Source: Phyllobates terribilis (Eukaryota). From it: a DNA stretch of 64,000 nucleotides. Shown here in pieces: positions 10,170-22,959 of this stretch. Positions within the stretch are counted from its first letter, which is position 1. Every line of letters starts with the position of its first letter. A program made the translations under genes and the position numbers. The stretch covers positions 359,290,001 through 359,354,000 of the forward strand of contig NW_027362769.1 in NCBI RefSeq assembly GCF_046119375.1, written 5' to 3'. The notes beneath the pieces were generated by a model that searched no databases, was not told the origin of the DNA, and saw only the letters and a list, made by a program, of their open reading frames with translations.

Positions 10170-13100
10170 AGCAGTGTGTATAGTATATAGAGCTGCCTGT
10201 ACAGTATATAGAGCTGCCTGTACAGTATATAGAGCAGTGTGTGCAGTATATAGAGCAGAGTGTACAGTATATAGAGCAGTGTGTACAGTATATAGAGCAG
10301 TGTGTACAGTATATAGAGCAGCCTGTACAGTATATAGAGCAGTGTGTGCAGTATATAGAGCAGAGTGTACAGTATATAGAGCTGCCTGTACAGTATATAG
10401 AGCAGTGTGTGCAGTATATAGAGCAGAGTGTACAGTATATAGAGCAGTGTGTACAGTATATAGAGCAGTGTGTACAGTATATAGAGCAGCCTGTACAGTA
10501 TATAGAGCAGTGTGTACAGTATATAGAGCAGCCTGTACAGTATATAGAGCAGTGTGTACAGTATATAGAGCTGCCTGTACAGTATATAGAGCAGTGTGTG
10601 CAGTATATAGAGCAGAGTGTACAGTATATAGAGCTGCCTGTACAGTATATAGAGCCGCCTGTACAGTATATAGAGCAGCCTGTACAGTATATAGAGCAGC
10701 CTGTACATTATATAGAGCAGTGTGTACAGTATATAGAGCAGCCTGTACAGTATATAGAGCAGCCTGTACAGTATATAGAGCAGTGTGTGCAGTATATAGA
10801 GCAGCCTGTACAGTATATAGAGCAGCCTGTACATTATATAGAGCAGTGTGTGCAGTATATAGAGCAGAGTGTACAGTATATAGAGCTGCCTGTACAGTAT
10901 ATAGAGCAGTGTGTGCAGTATATAGAGCAGAGTGTACAGTATATAGAGCTGCCTGTACAGTATATAGAGCAGCCTATACAGTATATAGAGCAGCGTGTAC
11001 AGTATATAGATCAGTGTGTACAGTATATAGAGCTGCCTGTACAGTATGTAGAGCAGCCTATACAGTATATAGAGCAGTGTGTACAGTATATAGAGCAGTG
11101 TGTACAGTATATAGAGCAGTCTGTACAGTATAAAGAGCAGCGTGTGCAGTATATAGAGCAGCCTGTACAGTATATAGAGCTGTGTGTACAGTATATAGAG
11201 CAGCCTGTACAGTATATAGAGCAGTGTGTACAGTATATAGAGCAGCCTGTACAGTATATAGAGCAGCCTGTACAGTATATAGAGCAGTGTGTACAGTATA
11301 TAGAGCTGCCTGTACAGTATATAGAGCTGCCTGTACAGTATATAGAGCAGCGTGTGCAGTATATAGAGCAGTGTGTACAGTATATAGAGCAGCCTGTACA
11401 GTATATAGAGCAGTGTGTACAGTATATAGAGCTGCCTGTACAGTATATAGAGCTGCCTGTACAGTATATAGAGCAGCGTGTGCAGTATATATAGCAGCCT
11501 GTACAGTATATAGAGCAGCCTGTACAGTTTATAGAGCAGCCTGTACAGTATATAGAGCAGTGTGTACAGTATATAGAGCAGTGTGTACAGTATATAGAGC
11601 AGCCTGTACAGTATATAGAGCAGCCTGTACAGTATATAGAGCAGTGTGTACAGTATATAGAGCTGCCTGTACAGTATATAGAGCAGCCTGTACAGTATAT
11701 AGAGCAGCGTGTGCAGTATATAGAGCAGTGTGTACAGTATATAGAGCAGCCTGTACAGTATATAGAGCAGCGTGTGCAGTATATAGAGCAGTGTGTACAG
11801 TATATAGAGCAGTGTGTACAGTATATAGAGCAGCCTGTACAGTATATAGAGCAGTGTGTACAGTATATAGAGCTGCCTGTACAGTATATAGAGCAGCCTG
11901 TACAGTATATAGAGCAGCGTGTGCAGTATATAGAGCAGTGTGTACAGTATATAGAGCAGCCTGTACAGTATATAGAGCAGCGTGTGCAGTATATAGAGCA
12001 GTGTGTACAGTATATAGAGCAGTGTGTACAGTATATAGAGCTGCCTGTATAGTATATAGAGCAGCCTGTACAGTATATAGAGCAGCCTGTACAGTATATA
12101 GAGCAGCGTGTACAGTATATAGAGCAGCCTGTACAGTATATAGAGCAGTGTGTATAGTATATAGAGCAGCCTGTACAGTATATAGAGCAGTGTGTACAGT
12201 ATATAGAGCAGCGTGTGCAGTATATAGAGCAGTGTGTACAGTATATAGAGCAGCCTGTACAGTATATAGAGCAGTGTGTATAGTATATAGAGCAGCCTGT
12301 ACAGTATATAGAGCTGCGTGTATAGTATATAGAGTAGTGTGTATAGTATATAGAACAGTGTGTACAGTATATAGAGCTGTGTGTTCAGTATATAGAGCTG
12401 CCTGTACAGTATATAGAGCTGTGTGTATAGTATATAGAGTAGTGTGTACAGTATATAGAGCAGCCTGTACAATATATAGAGCAGTGTGTACAGTATATAG
12501 AGCAGTATATACAGTGTATAGAGCAGTATATACAGTATATAGAGCAGCCTGTACAGTATATAGAGCAGTGTGTACAGTATACAGAGCAGTGTGTACAGTA
12601 TATAGAGCAGCCTGTACAGTATATAGAGCAGTGTGTATAGTATATAGAGCAGCCTGTACAGTATATAGAGCTGCGTGTACAGTATATAGAGCTGCCTGTA
12701 CAGTATATAGAGCTGCGTGTACAGTATATAGAGCTGCCTGTACAGTATATAGAGCAGGGTGTACAGTATATAGAGCAGCCTGTACAGTATATAGAGCAGT
12801 GTGTATAGTATATAGAGCAGCCTGTACAGTATATAGAGCAGTGTGTATAGTATATAGAGCTGCCTGTACAGTATATAGACCAGGGTGTACAGTATATAGA
12901 GCAGTGTGTACAGTATGTAGAGCAATGTGTACAGTATATAGAGCAGCCTGTACAGTTTATAGAGCAGGGTGTACAGTATATAGAGCAGTGTGTATAGTAT
13001 ATAGAGCAGAGTGTACAGTATATAGAGCAGTGTGTACAGTATATAGAGCAGCCTGTACAGTATATAGAGCTGTGTGTATAGTATATAGAGTAGTGTGTAC

Positions 13101-15522
13101 AGTATATAGATCAGCCTGTACAATATATAGAGCAGCCTGTACAGTATATAGAGCAGTGTGTACAGTATATACAGCAGTGTGTACAGTATATAGAGCAGTG
13201 TGTACAGTATATAGAGCAGCCTGTACAGTATATAGAGCAGTCTGTATAGTATATAGAGCAGTGTGTATAGTATATAGAGCAGCCTGTACAGTATATAGAG
13301 CAGCCTGTACAGTATATAGAGCTGCGTGTATAGTATATAGAGTAGTGTGTATAGTATATAGAGCTGCCTGTACAGTATATAGAGCAGGGTGTACAGTATA
13401 TAGAGCAGTGTGTACAGTATGTAGAGCAATGTGTACAGTATATAGAGCAGCATGTACAGTTTATAGAGCAGGGTGTACAGTATATAGAGCAGTGTGTATA
13501 GTATATAGAGCAGAGTGTACAGTATATAGAGCTGCCTGTACAGTATATAGAGCTGTGTGTATAGTATATAGAGTAGTGTGTACAGTATATAGAGCAGCCT
13601 GTACAATATATAGAGCAGCCTGTACAGTATATAGAGCAGTGTGTACAGTATATACAGCAGTGTGTACAGTATATAGAGCAGTGTGTACAGTATATAGAGC
13701 AGTGTGTACAGTATATAGAGCAGCCTGTACAGTATATAGAGCAGTCTGTATAGTATATAGAGCAGCCTGTACAGTATATAGAGCAGTGTGTACAGTATAT
13801 AGAGTAGTGTGTATAGTATATAGAGCAGCCTATACAGTATATAGAGCAGTGTGTACAGTATATAGATTAGTGTGTATACTATATAGAGCAGCCTATACAG
13901 TATATAGAGCAGTGTGTACAGTATATAGAGCAGTGTGTACAGTATATAGAGCAGTGTGTATAGTATATAGAGCAGCCTATACAGTATATAGAGCAGTGTG
14001 TACAGTATATAGAGCAGTGTGTACAGTATATAGAGTAGCCTGTACAGTATAAAGAGCTGCCTGTACAGTATATAGAGCAGCCTATACAGTATATAGAGCA
14101 GTGTGTACAGTATATAGAGCAGTGTGTATAGTATATAGAGCAGCCTGTACAGTATATAGAGCAGTGTGTACAGTATATAGAGCAGTGTGTATAGTATATA
14201 GAGCAGCCTGTACAGTATATAGAGCTGCCTGTACAGTATATAGAGCAGTGTGTACAGTATATAGAGCAGTGTGTACAGTATATAGAGCAGCCTGTACAGT
14301 ATATAGAGCAGTGTGTACAGTATATAGAGCAGTGTGTATAGTATATAGAGCAGCCTGTACAGTATATAAAGCTGCGTGTATAGTATATAGAGTAGTGTGT
14401 ATGGTATATAGAGCAGCCTATACAGTATATAGAGCAGTATGTACAGTATATAGAGCAGTGTGTACAGTATATAGAGCTGTGTGTTCAGTATATAGAGCTG
14501 CCTGTACAGTATATAGAGCTGTGTGTATAGTTTATAGAGTAGTGTGTACAGTATATAGAGCAGCCTGTACAATATATAGAGCAGTGTGTACAGTATATAG
14601 AGCAGTGTGTACAGTATATAGAGCAGCCTGTACAGTATATAGAGCAGCCTGTACAGTATATAGAGCTGCCTGTACAGTATGTAGAGCAGCCTATACAGTA
14701 TATAGAGCAGTGTGTACAGTATATAGAGTAGTGTGTATAGTATATAGAGCAGCCTATACAGTATATAGAGCAGTGTGTTCAGTATATAGAGTAGTGTGTA
14801 TAGTATATAGAGCAGCCTATACAGTATATAGAGCAGTGTGTACAGTATATAGAGTAGTGTGTATAATATATAGAGCAGCCTATACAGTATATAGAGCAGT
14901 GTGTACAGTATATAGAGTAGTGTGTATAGTATATAGAGCAGCCTATACAGTATATAGAGCAGTGTGTACAGTATATAGAGTAGTGTGTATAGTATATAGA
15001 GCAACCTATACAGTATATAGAGCAGTGTGTACAGTATATAGAGCAGTGTGTACAGTATATAGAGCAGCGTGTACAGTATATAGAGCAGCCTGTACAGTAT
15101 GTAGAGCAGTGTGTACAGTATATAGAGCAGCCTGTACAGTATATAGAGCAGTGTGTATAGTATATAGAGCAGCCTGTACAGTATATAGAGCAGCGTGTAC
15201 AGTATATAGAGCAGTGTGTACAGTATATAGAGCAGTGTGTACAGTATATAGAGCTGCCTGTACAGTATATAGAGCAACGTGTGCAGTATATAGAGCAGTG
15301 TGTATAGTATATAGAGCTGCCTGTACAGTATGTAGACCAGTGTGTACAGTATATAGAGCAGCCTGTACAGTATATAGAGCAGGGTGTACAGTATATAGAG
15401 CAGAGTGTACAGTATATAGAGCAGCCTGTACAGTATATAGAGCTGCCTTTACAGTATATAGAGCTGTGTGTACAGTATATAGAGCTGCCTGTACAGTATA
15501 TAGAGCAGTGTGTACAGTATAT
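10170..15522 (+). repeat. 21-bp satellite, segment I (about 255 units)
   Basis: Unit tatatagagc(a/t)gNNtgtacag. Confidence 0.99.
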
Positions 15523-15580
15523 TACTAATTTAAACCCACCTAACCTCCCAAACCCCCCAAATCACCCAATCCAACCCCTG

Positions 15581-15868
15581 ATGACTATTGAAGTCACACA
15601 ACCTATAGCCACTCCCACCACTTTAAATAATAGATTTGACATTCTAGAAACTATTAATGAATCTCCATTCAACGAGGAAGACCAACCAGACATGGCCTCC
15701 AATAACACCCCCAAGAGACAAAGTCGCGATAGTAACCCCAGACACCCACAAGTACGCAAGAAAACCAGCTCCTCAAATTTTTTTCAGAGGGCACAAAAAA
15801 CAAACGTAAGAGGGGAGGTAGAGGAGGGCAACTCTCCAAAAAGAAAAAGGCAGATACAGAAGAGATAA
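15581..15868 (+). CDS. Putative upstream ORF of the Penelope-like element, overlapping the RT frame (-1)
   Basis: 95-aa hydrophilic ORF; contains A-AAT-TTT / T-TTT-TTT at 15775-15784; the -1 frame stays open into the RT. Confidence 0.4.
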   Translation: MTIEVTQPIATPTTLNNRFDILETINESPFNEEDQPDMASNNTPKRQSRDSNPRHPQVRKKTSSSNFFQRAQKTNVRGEVEEGNSPKRKRQIQKR

Positions 15869-16008
15869 ACCAAAAAGCCGACACTATCTTCAATCTCAGT
15901 AAACATACCCTAAAACCAAACGAAATCAACCTCCTAACTAAAGGTCTTAAATATGCCCCCTCCACAGGATTCAATAAATTTCAAGCTTTCATTGGAGTCA
16001 AACAGTTT

Positions 16009-17720
16009 ATGCGAAAACTAGCACTCAAAAAATACTACCTGAAACATCAGGACCGGGGGCACATAAATGAACCTAGAAACTCACTCACTTTGAAATATGC
16101 CCACACCAACTTAAAAACCAAATCCAAATTCCATCCATTAAACGAATACTCATCTGCACTCGAAAGTTTTCAAAACAATGTCATCTCAGATATCCGTAAA
16201 TTAAGCCACAAAAAATGTAACAAATTCCAATACAACTTTAACGCCTCTGAAAGGAAAGCAATATATATCTTACAGAAAAATCAGAACATAATTATCCGTC
16301 CAGCTGATAAAGGAGGTGGTATAGTTATACTGGATCTAGAACAATATCAATCAGAAACAAACAGACTACTAAGTGACACAAGAACATACAATACTATGAG
16401 GGAGGACCCCACAGATATGTACCTAAAAGAACTAAAAACACTAACTACCAAAGGACTAGATAAAGGCTTCCTTACGAAACAGGAGTTTGAATACATCACT
16501 ATCTCCCACCCACGTCTTGCAACATTTTATTATCTACCAAAAATACATAAGTCACTCTCCCATCCTCCAGGCAGACCTATCATCTCAGGTATCCAATGCC
16601 TAACATCAAATCTATCCAGATTTGTGGATAAACACTTACAAGACCTAGTACCCCTTTTGCCGACATATTTAAAAGACAGTCAACATGTACTTCAGCTTTT
16701 ACAAAAAATCAAATGGCATGACAATTTCATCCTAGGCACCCTGGACATCTCGTCCTTATACACCGTGATTCAGCATAATGCGGGCTGCGACGCAGCCACA
16801 CATTTTCTTTTGAAACAAAACAAACTACCTAAAGAACAAATAATGTTCATGAAGGAATGTATGAAGTTCATACTGACGCATAATTATTTTAAACACGATA
16901 AACTTTTCTACACACAACAATGGGGCACAGCAATGGGTACTAGATTTGCCCCAAGCTATGCCAATCTATACGTTGGCAAATGGGAGGAGTTAGCTATCCA
17001 CCCAGGCGGCACACTCAGACCTAACTTGGTATTTTGGCAAAGATTTATTGACGACGTACTTTTTATCTGGTCTGGTGACCAAGAATCCCTAGACTCCTTT
17101 ATCAGGGAGATCAATATCAATAACTTTTTCTTGGAATTTACCTCCAACATAAGCCAAAAACAGCTAAACTTCTTAGATCTCAACATATATATCCAAGATC
17201 AAAAAATCCATACAAAAACATATATGAAGCCAACGGACTCAAATAGCTTCATCTCTCTGGACAGCTGTCACCTCCCCAGCTGGCTGTTAAACATCCCACG
17301 CAGTCAATACATGAGATTATATAGAAATTGCTCCAACACTGGGGACTTCAACGAAGAAGCCATACAATTAACAAATAAATTTTTAGAAAAAGGTTACAAT
17401 CCACAATTTTTACAAAAAGTGAAAAATCAGATTCAAACTATACCCAGAGATAACCTCCTCAAGAACAGCACCACAAAAATTAATGCCACTGACCCTACAA
17501 CACAACCAGATATCCCTATCATAACTCAATACAACTCCAATACATATTTATTAAGAAAAATAATTTCAAAACACTGGCATATCCTTCACGATGACAAAAC
17601 AATAGGCGACCTTATTCCACCAAAACCAAGATTCATCTATAGGAAAGCAAAAAACCTAGGGAACCTCATCGCACCAACAGTTCGCAATCCTCAAATCATT
17701 AATCAACCCACACTTATTAA
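16009..17720 (+). CDS. Penelope-like reverse transcriptase, N-terminal part; frame is open from 15736
   Basis: Motifs ADKGGG, PKIHK, GRPIISG, LDISSLYT, GTAMGTRFAPSYANL, RFIDD; interrupted at TTAA 17717-17720. Confidence 0.92.
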
Positions 17721-19194
17721 CCCCTTAATAACATCTGACGTACTAATACGCGTCTGTGCCCTGGGACTTAAGAGCCAGACCCGTATTAGTACGTCATCGC
17801 GATCGCGCGCGCACACAGGCTGTGCGGGCGCGATCGCCGCCGGGTGTCAGCTGATTGTCACAGCTGACACCCGGTATTATGTGCAGGGAGCGGTCCTGCA
17901 CCGCTCCCAGCACATTAACCCCCGCGATGCTGCGATCGAAGTCGATTGAAGTCGATCGCGGCATTGCGGGGGCAAGGGGAGGTGATCGGCGATACTCACC
18001 ACCTCTTCCGGCTTCCAGCGCAGTCTGCAAAGGCTTACCGGGTGTTGCCATGACGACCCGATGTCGTCATGACAACATCCGGGTCACCAGAGAGCAGGAA
18101 GATTGCTTGGACATGCGCAGTGCATCTCCAAGCAATCTTCACACTGTGCATTTCTGACAGCCTTCATGGCATAGGGATGGTGCTCCATTCCTGTGCCATG
18201 CAGGCGATCAGAAAAAAAAAAGTGAAAGTCTCAGAGTGGGACAAAGTAATAAAGTGTATAAACTGTGTGAAAGTGGAAAAAAAAAAAAATGTGCAAAAAT
18301 ATTCTAAAAAAATAAAAAAAATAATACACCAAAAATAAAAATATAATGTACCCATCAATAAATATTATTATAAAAAAAACAAAAAAAAAAACAGTAAAAG
18401 TACACATATTTGGTATCACCGCGTCCGGAAAAACCTGACCTATAAAACTGTCCCACTAGTTAACCCCTTCAGTGAACACGGTAAAAAAAAAAAAAAACGA
18501 AGCAAAAAACAATGCTTTATCACCATACCGCCAAACAAAAAGTGGAATAACACGCGATCAAAAAGACGCATATAAATAAAAATGATACCGCTGAAAACGT
18601 CATCTCGTCCCGCAAAAAACAAGCCGCCATACAGCTCCATCAGCTGAAAAATCAAAAAGTTATAGCTCTCAGAATAAAGCGATACTAAAAAATATTTTTT
18701 TCTATAAAATAGCTTTTATTGTGTATAAGCGCCAAAACATAGAAAAATGATACAAATGTGGTACCGCTGTAAACGTACTGACCCGAAGAATAAAGCTACC
18801 TCATCAATTTTACCACACGCGGAACAGAATAAAAAAAAAAAAAAAAAAAACAATTCCTGAATTGTTGGTTTTTGTTTATTCTGCCTCCCAAAAATCGGAA
18901 TAGAAAGTGATCAAAAAATGTCACGTGCCTGAGAATGGCACCAATAACAACGTCAAGTCATCCCGGAAAAAACGAGCCGTCACATGACTGTCTGCCAAAA
19001 TCTGGAAAAATTATAGCTCTCAAAATATGGCGATGCAAAAACTAGATTTTACAAAAAATGCGTCTTTTAGTGTGTGACAGCTGTCAGTCATAAAAACCCC
19101 ATATGATTCTGGCATTGCTGTAATCACACCGACCCGAAGAATAAAGTCGTCTAATCACTTATACCGCACAAGGAACGGCGTCAAAAATAAACTC

Positions 19195-19320
19195 TTGGGT
19201 TAGGATTGGGCTAGGGTTAGGGCTGGGTTTGGGGCTAGGGTTGTGCTGGGGCTAGGGTTGTGCTGGGGCTAGGGTTGTGCTGGGGCTAGGGTTGTGCTAG
19301 GGTTAGGGCTGGGGTTGGGA
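19195..19320 (+). repeat. Telomere-like G-rich tract (GGGTTAGGG / GGGGCTAGGGTTGTGCT)
   Basis: Degenerate TTAGGG-like units inside the TTAA element. Confidence 0.75.
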
Positions 19321-19360
19321 TTTTTTTCAAAAGTAAGAAAAAAAGATGACGATATGGCGA

Positions 19361-19657
19361 CTAGTGTTGAGAGCAAGTGCTCGCTACTTGAGTTTGCATC
19401 GGGTGCTCTGGTATGCATTGAGTATCGTGGGTATTTGAGTGACATGCTCGAGTCTCTGCCCCATATGCTTCGCGGCCAAAAAACTTTACGGGGATTGCCT
19501 GCCATGCACGAGCGATCCCCGCATGTTTTTTTTTTGGGTGTCTAATAACCGTGAAACATGCGGAGCAGGGACTCGAGCATGTCACTCGAGCACACGCTGT
19601 ACATGGTGCATACCTGAGTACCCGATGCAAACTCAAGTAGCGAGCACTTGCGCTCAA
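19361..19657. mobile_element. Nested MITE with 42-bp terminal inverted repeats
   Basis: 19367-19408 versus the reverse complement of 19616-19657: 40/42 identical. Confidence 0.85.
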
Positions 19658-19759
19658 GAATAATGACAACTTATTCAATATGATGACCTAATGTAAACAA
19701 ATTCTGTGCCGTACCTCTGGGTTCAAAATGTTCACTATACACCTTAATAAAATCCTTGA

Positions 19760-20990
19760 GGGGTATAGTTTCCAAAATGGGGACACTTGTGGGGGAGCTC
19801 CACTGTTTAGGCACATCACGGGCTCTCCAAACGCGACATGGTGTCCGCTAACAAATTGAATGGAAAATCGGCTCAAATTGTTAGCGGACGCCATGTTGCG
19901 TTTGGAGAGCCCCTGTGTGCCCAAACATTGGAGCTCCCCCACAAGTGACCGCATTTTGGAAACTAGACCCCCCAAGGCACCTATCTAGATGCATAGTGAG
20001 CACTTGGAATCCCCAGGTGCTTCACAAATTGATTCGTAAAAATGAAAAAGTGAAAAAAAAAACACTTTTTCATTTTTATGAATCAATTTGTGAAGCACCT
20101 GGGGTTCCAAGTGCTCACTATGAATCTAGATAGGTGCCTTGGGGGGTCTAGTTTCCAAAATGGGGTCACTTGTGGGGGAGCTCCAATGTTTGGGCACGCA
20201 GGGACTCTCTAAATGCAACATGGTATCCGCTAACAAATTGAATGGAAAATCGGCTCAAATTGTTAGCGGACACCACATTGCGTTTGGAGAGCCCCTCTGT
20301 GCCCAAACTTTGGAGCTCCCCCACAAGTGACCCCATTTTGGAAACTAGACCCCCCAAGGCACCTATCTAGATGCATAGTGAGCACTTGTAACTCCAGGTG
20401 CTTCACAAATTGATTCACAAAAATGAAAAAGTGTTTTTTTTTTCACTTTTTCATTATTACAAATCAATTTGTGAAGCACCTGGGGGTTCCAAGTGCTCAC
20501 TATGCATCTAGAAAGGTGCCTTGGGGGGTCTAGTTTCCAAAATGGGGTCACTTGTGGGGGAGCTCCAAAGTTTGGGCACAGAGGGGCTCTCCAAACGCAA
20601 TGTGGTGTCCGCTAACAATTTGAGCCGATTTTCCATTCAATTTGTTAGCGGATACCATGTTGCATTTAGAGAGTCCCTGTGTGCCCAAACATTGGAGCTC
20701 CCCCACAAGTGACCCCATTTTGGAAACTAGACCCCCCAAGGCACCTATCTAGATGCATAGTGAGCAGTTGGAACCCCCAGGTGCTTCACAAATTGATTCG
20801 TAACAATGAAAAAGTGTTTTTTTTTTCACTTTTTCATTTTTACGAATCAATTTGTGAAGCACCTGGGGGTTGCAACTGCTCACTATGCATCTAGATAGGT
20901 GCCTTGGGGGGTCTAGTTTCCAAAATGGGGTCACTTGTGGGGGAGCTCCAATGTTTGGGCACACAGGGGCTCTCTAAACGCAACATGGTG
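19760..20990. repeat. Chain of alternating inverted repeats, period about 380 bp
   Basis: GGGGGGTCTAGTTTCCAAAATGGGGTCACTTGTGGGGGAGCTCC recurs on alternating strands; the same pseudo-peptide MGGLVSKMGSLVGE appears on + and -. Confidence 0.9.
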
Positions 20991-21827
20991 TCCGCTAATT
21001 ATTCAAGCAAATTTTACAATCAAAAAGTCAAATGGCGCTCCTTCCCTTCCGAGCCCTACAGTGCGCCCAAACAGTGTTTTTTCCCCAAATATTGGGTATC
21101 TGCGTGCCCAGGGGAAATTGCACAACAAATTTTGCGGTCCATTTTTTCTTGTTACTCCTGTGAAAATAAAAAAAATTGGGTCTAAAGTAATATTTTTGTG
21201 AAAAAAGTTAAATGTTCATTTTTTTCTTCCACATTCAAAAAATTCCTATGGAGCACCTGAAGGGTTAATAAAGTTCTTGAATGTGGTTTTGAGCACCTTG
21301 AGGGGTGCAGTTTTTAGAATGGTGTCACTTTTGGGTATTTTCTGTCATAAAGACCTCTCAAAGTGACTTCAAATGTGATGTGGTCCCTAAAAAAATGGTT
21401 TTGTAAATTTTGTTGGAAAAATGTGAAATCGCTGGTCAACTTTTAACCCTTATAGCTCCCTAACAAAAAAAAATTTTGGTTCCAAAATTGTGCTGATGTA
21501 AAGTAGACATGTGGGAAATGTTATTTATTAACTCTTTTGTGTGACATATCGCTCTGATTTCAGGGCTTAAAAATTCAAATTTTGAAAATTGCAAAATTTT
21601 CCAAATTTTCGCCAAATTTCCGTTTTTTTCACAAATAAACGCAAGTGTTATCGAAGAAATTTTTCCACAATCATGAAGTACAATATGTCACGAAAAAACA
21701 GTCTCAGAATCAGGGGGATCCGTTGAAGCGTTCCAGAGTAATTACCTCATAAAGTGACAGTGGTCAGAATTGTAAAAATTGGCCCGGTCATTAACGTGCA
21801 AACCACCCGCGGGGCTTAAGGTGTTAA

Positions 21828-22287
21828 AGAAACTGTTGGTTTTTATCCCTGTAATAAATGTGCAGCATGCAAGAAGCTGCACACTAAAAAACAAAAAATA
21901 ATCACGGAAGACCAAACCACCTACAAAATCTCAGACTTCATTACTTGCAACACCGATGGCGTCATCTACAGCCTCCGATGTCCATGCAACAAACTTTATA
22001 TAGGTAGAACCAAACGCCCCCTACAAGTGCTCATAAATGAACATCTGCGCAATATTTCCAAAAAATTTGACGGACACCCTCTATCTATACATTACTCCGA
22101 AAAACATGGAGGTTCCATTAAGGGCACTACCATCACAGGCCTACAGAAGGTCCACAAACAATGGCGCAAATGGGACTATCTAAAACAAATGTCCAGGGTT
22201 GAAAGCAAGTGGATATTCAACCTGGACACATTAAAACCAAAGGGACTCAATTCTGAGATTGAGTTATTTGCTTTCAATGATGACTAA
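21828..22287 (+). CDS. Penelope-like C-terminal part: Cys motif plus GIY-YIG endonuclease
   Basis: ETVGFYPCNKCAAC...GVIYSLRCPCNKLYIGRTKRPL...EH...ESKWIFNLDTLKPKGLN; no stop codons from 21829 to 22284. Confidence 0.92.
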
Positions 22288-22385
22288 TGCATCCATCCAA
22301 ACTAAAGCATATTACCAAGCAGACCCCGCCCCCACTAATTAATTATGCACAAGCGCGCATATATAAGTGACCTACTTACAGCAGT

Positions 22386-22441
22386 AGACCATCCCTGAGG
22401 AAGAGAACCGTAGTTCTTGAAACGCGTTGGTCTTTTTGGTC
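22386..22441 (+). ncRNA. Type I minimal hammerhead ribozyme of the Penelope-like element
   Basis: CTGAGGA 22395-22401, stem II GAGAAC-cgta-GTTCTT, GAAA 22419-22422, palindromic stem III AC-GC-GT, GUU triplet with predicted cleavage after 22428; stem I CC/GG plus GACCA/TGGTC. Confidence 0.85.
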
Positions 22442-22959
22442 CCTGTAAGCCACCGTACGGGTCACATGCGCGCTGTCACGCGCACTTACGTCACGCAGGT
22501 CTTACTGCGTTGATACACGGCGCAAACTCCAGGTCCTTCCCGCCCTCCACAGACCGCCGACGGAGGACAAGCAGCGCAAGGGAGAACAGCTGGTCACCGG
22601 CCGGGACCCTGTCTCACTCCCTGCGCGACCCATCTCTATGCCCCACTACTCTTCTACCCCCCGCTGCCAGTTGTGACTCTGAGAGCACAGTGGGATGCCA
22701 AGAGTCCCTGTTAGCAGAACCATCCCTGACAGACTACTAACAGTAAGTACTGAGCTCTGCTCCCACGGTGACATTCATCATCTAAGACTGCACTGCAGTG
22801 TGCACATGCTGCACACACACTAGACTGCCCATCTCCCCTGATTGCAACTACCACCACGAATAAGCTCAAGAGGTTTAAGCAGATCCTCAGTACCCTAACA
22901 TAGAGCACAGATACTGCTTCCCCACTGCTACTGATACTACCAGTGAGTCCAAGGAACAA

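Larger units (their letters stand above)
17717..21827. mobile_element. About 4.1-kb non-autonomous TTAA-flanked DNA transposon (piggyBac-type ends)
   Basis: TTAA at 17717-17720 and 21824-21827; ends CCCCTTAA and CACCTTAA (reverse complement); host ORF resumes in frame; no transposase ORF seen. Confidence 0.85.

Noticed and set aside
17721-17949. Last about 76 aa of the 646-aa RT ORF
   Set aside because: This is read-through into the TTAA insert; the real C-terminus resumes at 21828.
19688-21185. Recurrent MGGLVSKMGSLVGE ORFs
   Set aside because: These are translations of the inverted-repeat chain on both strands, with non-ATG starts.
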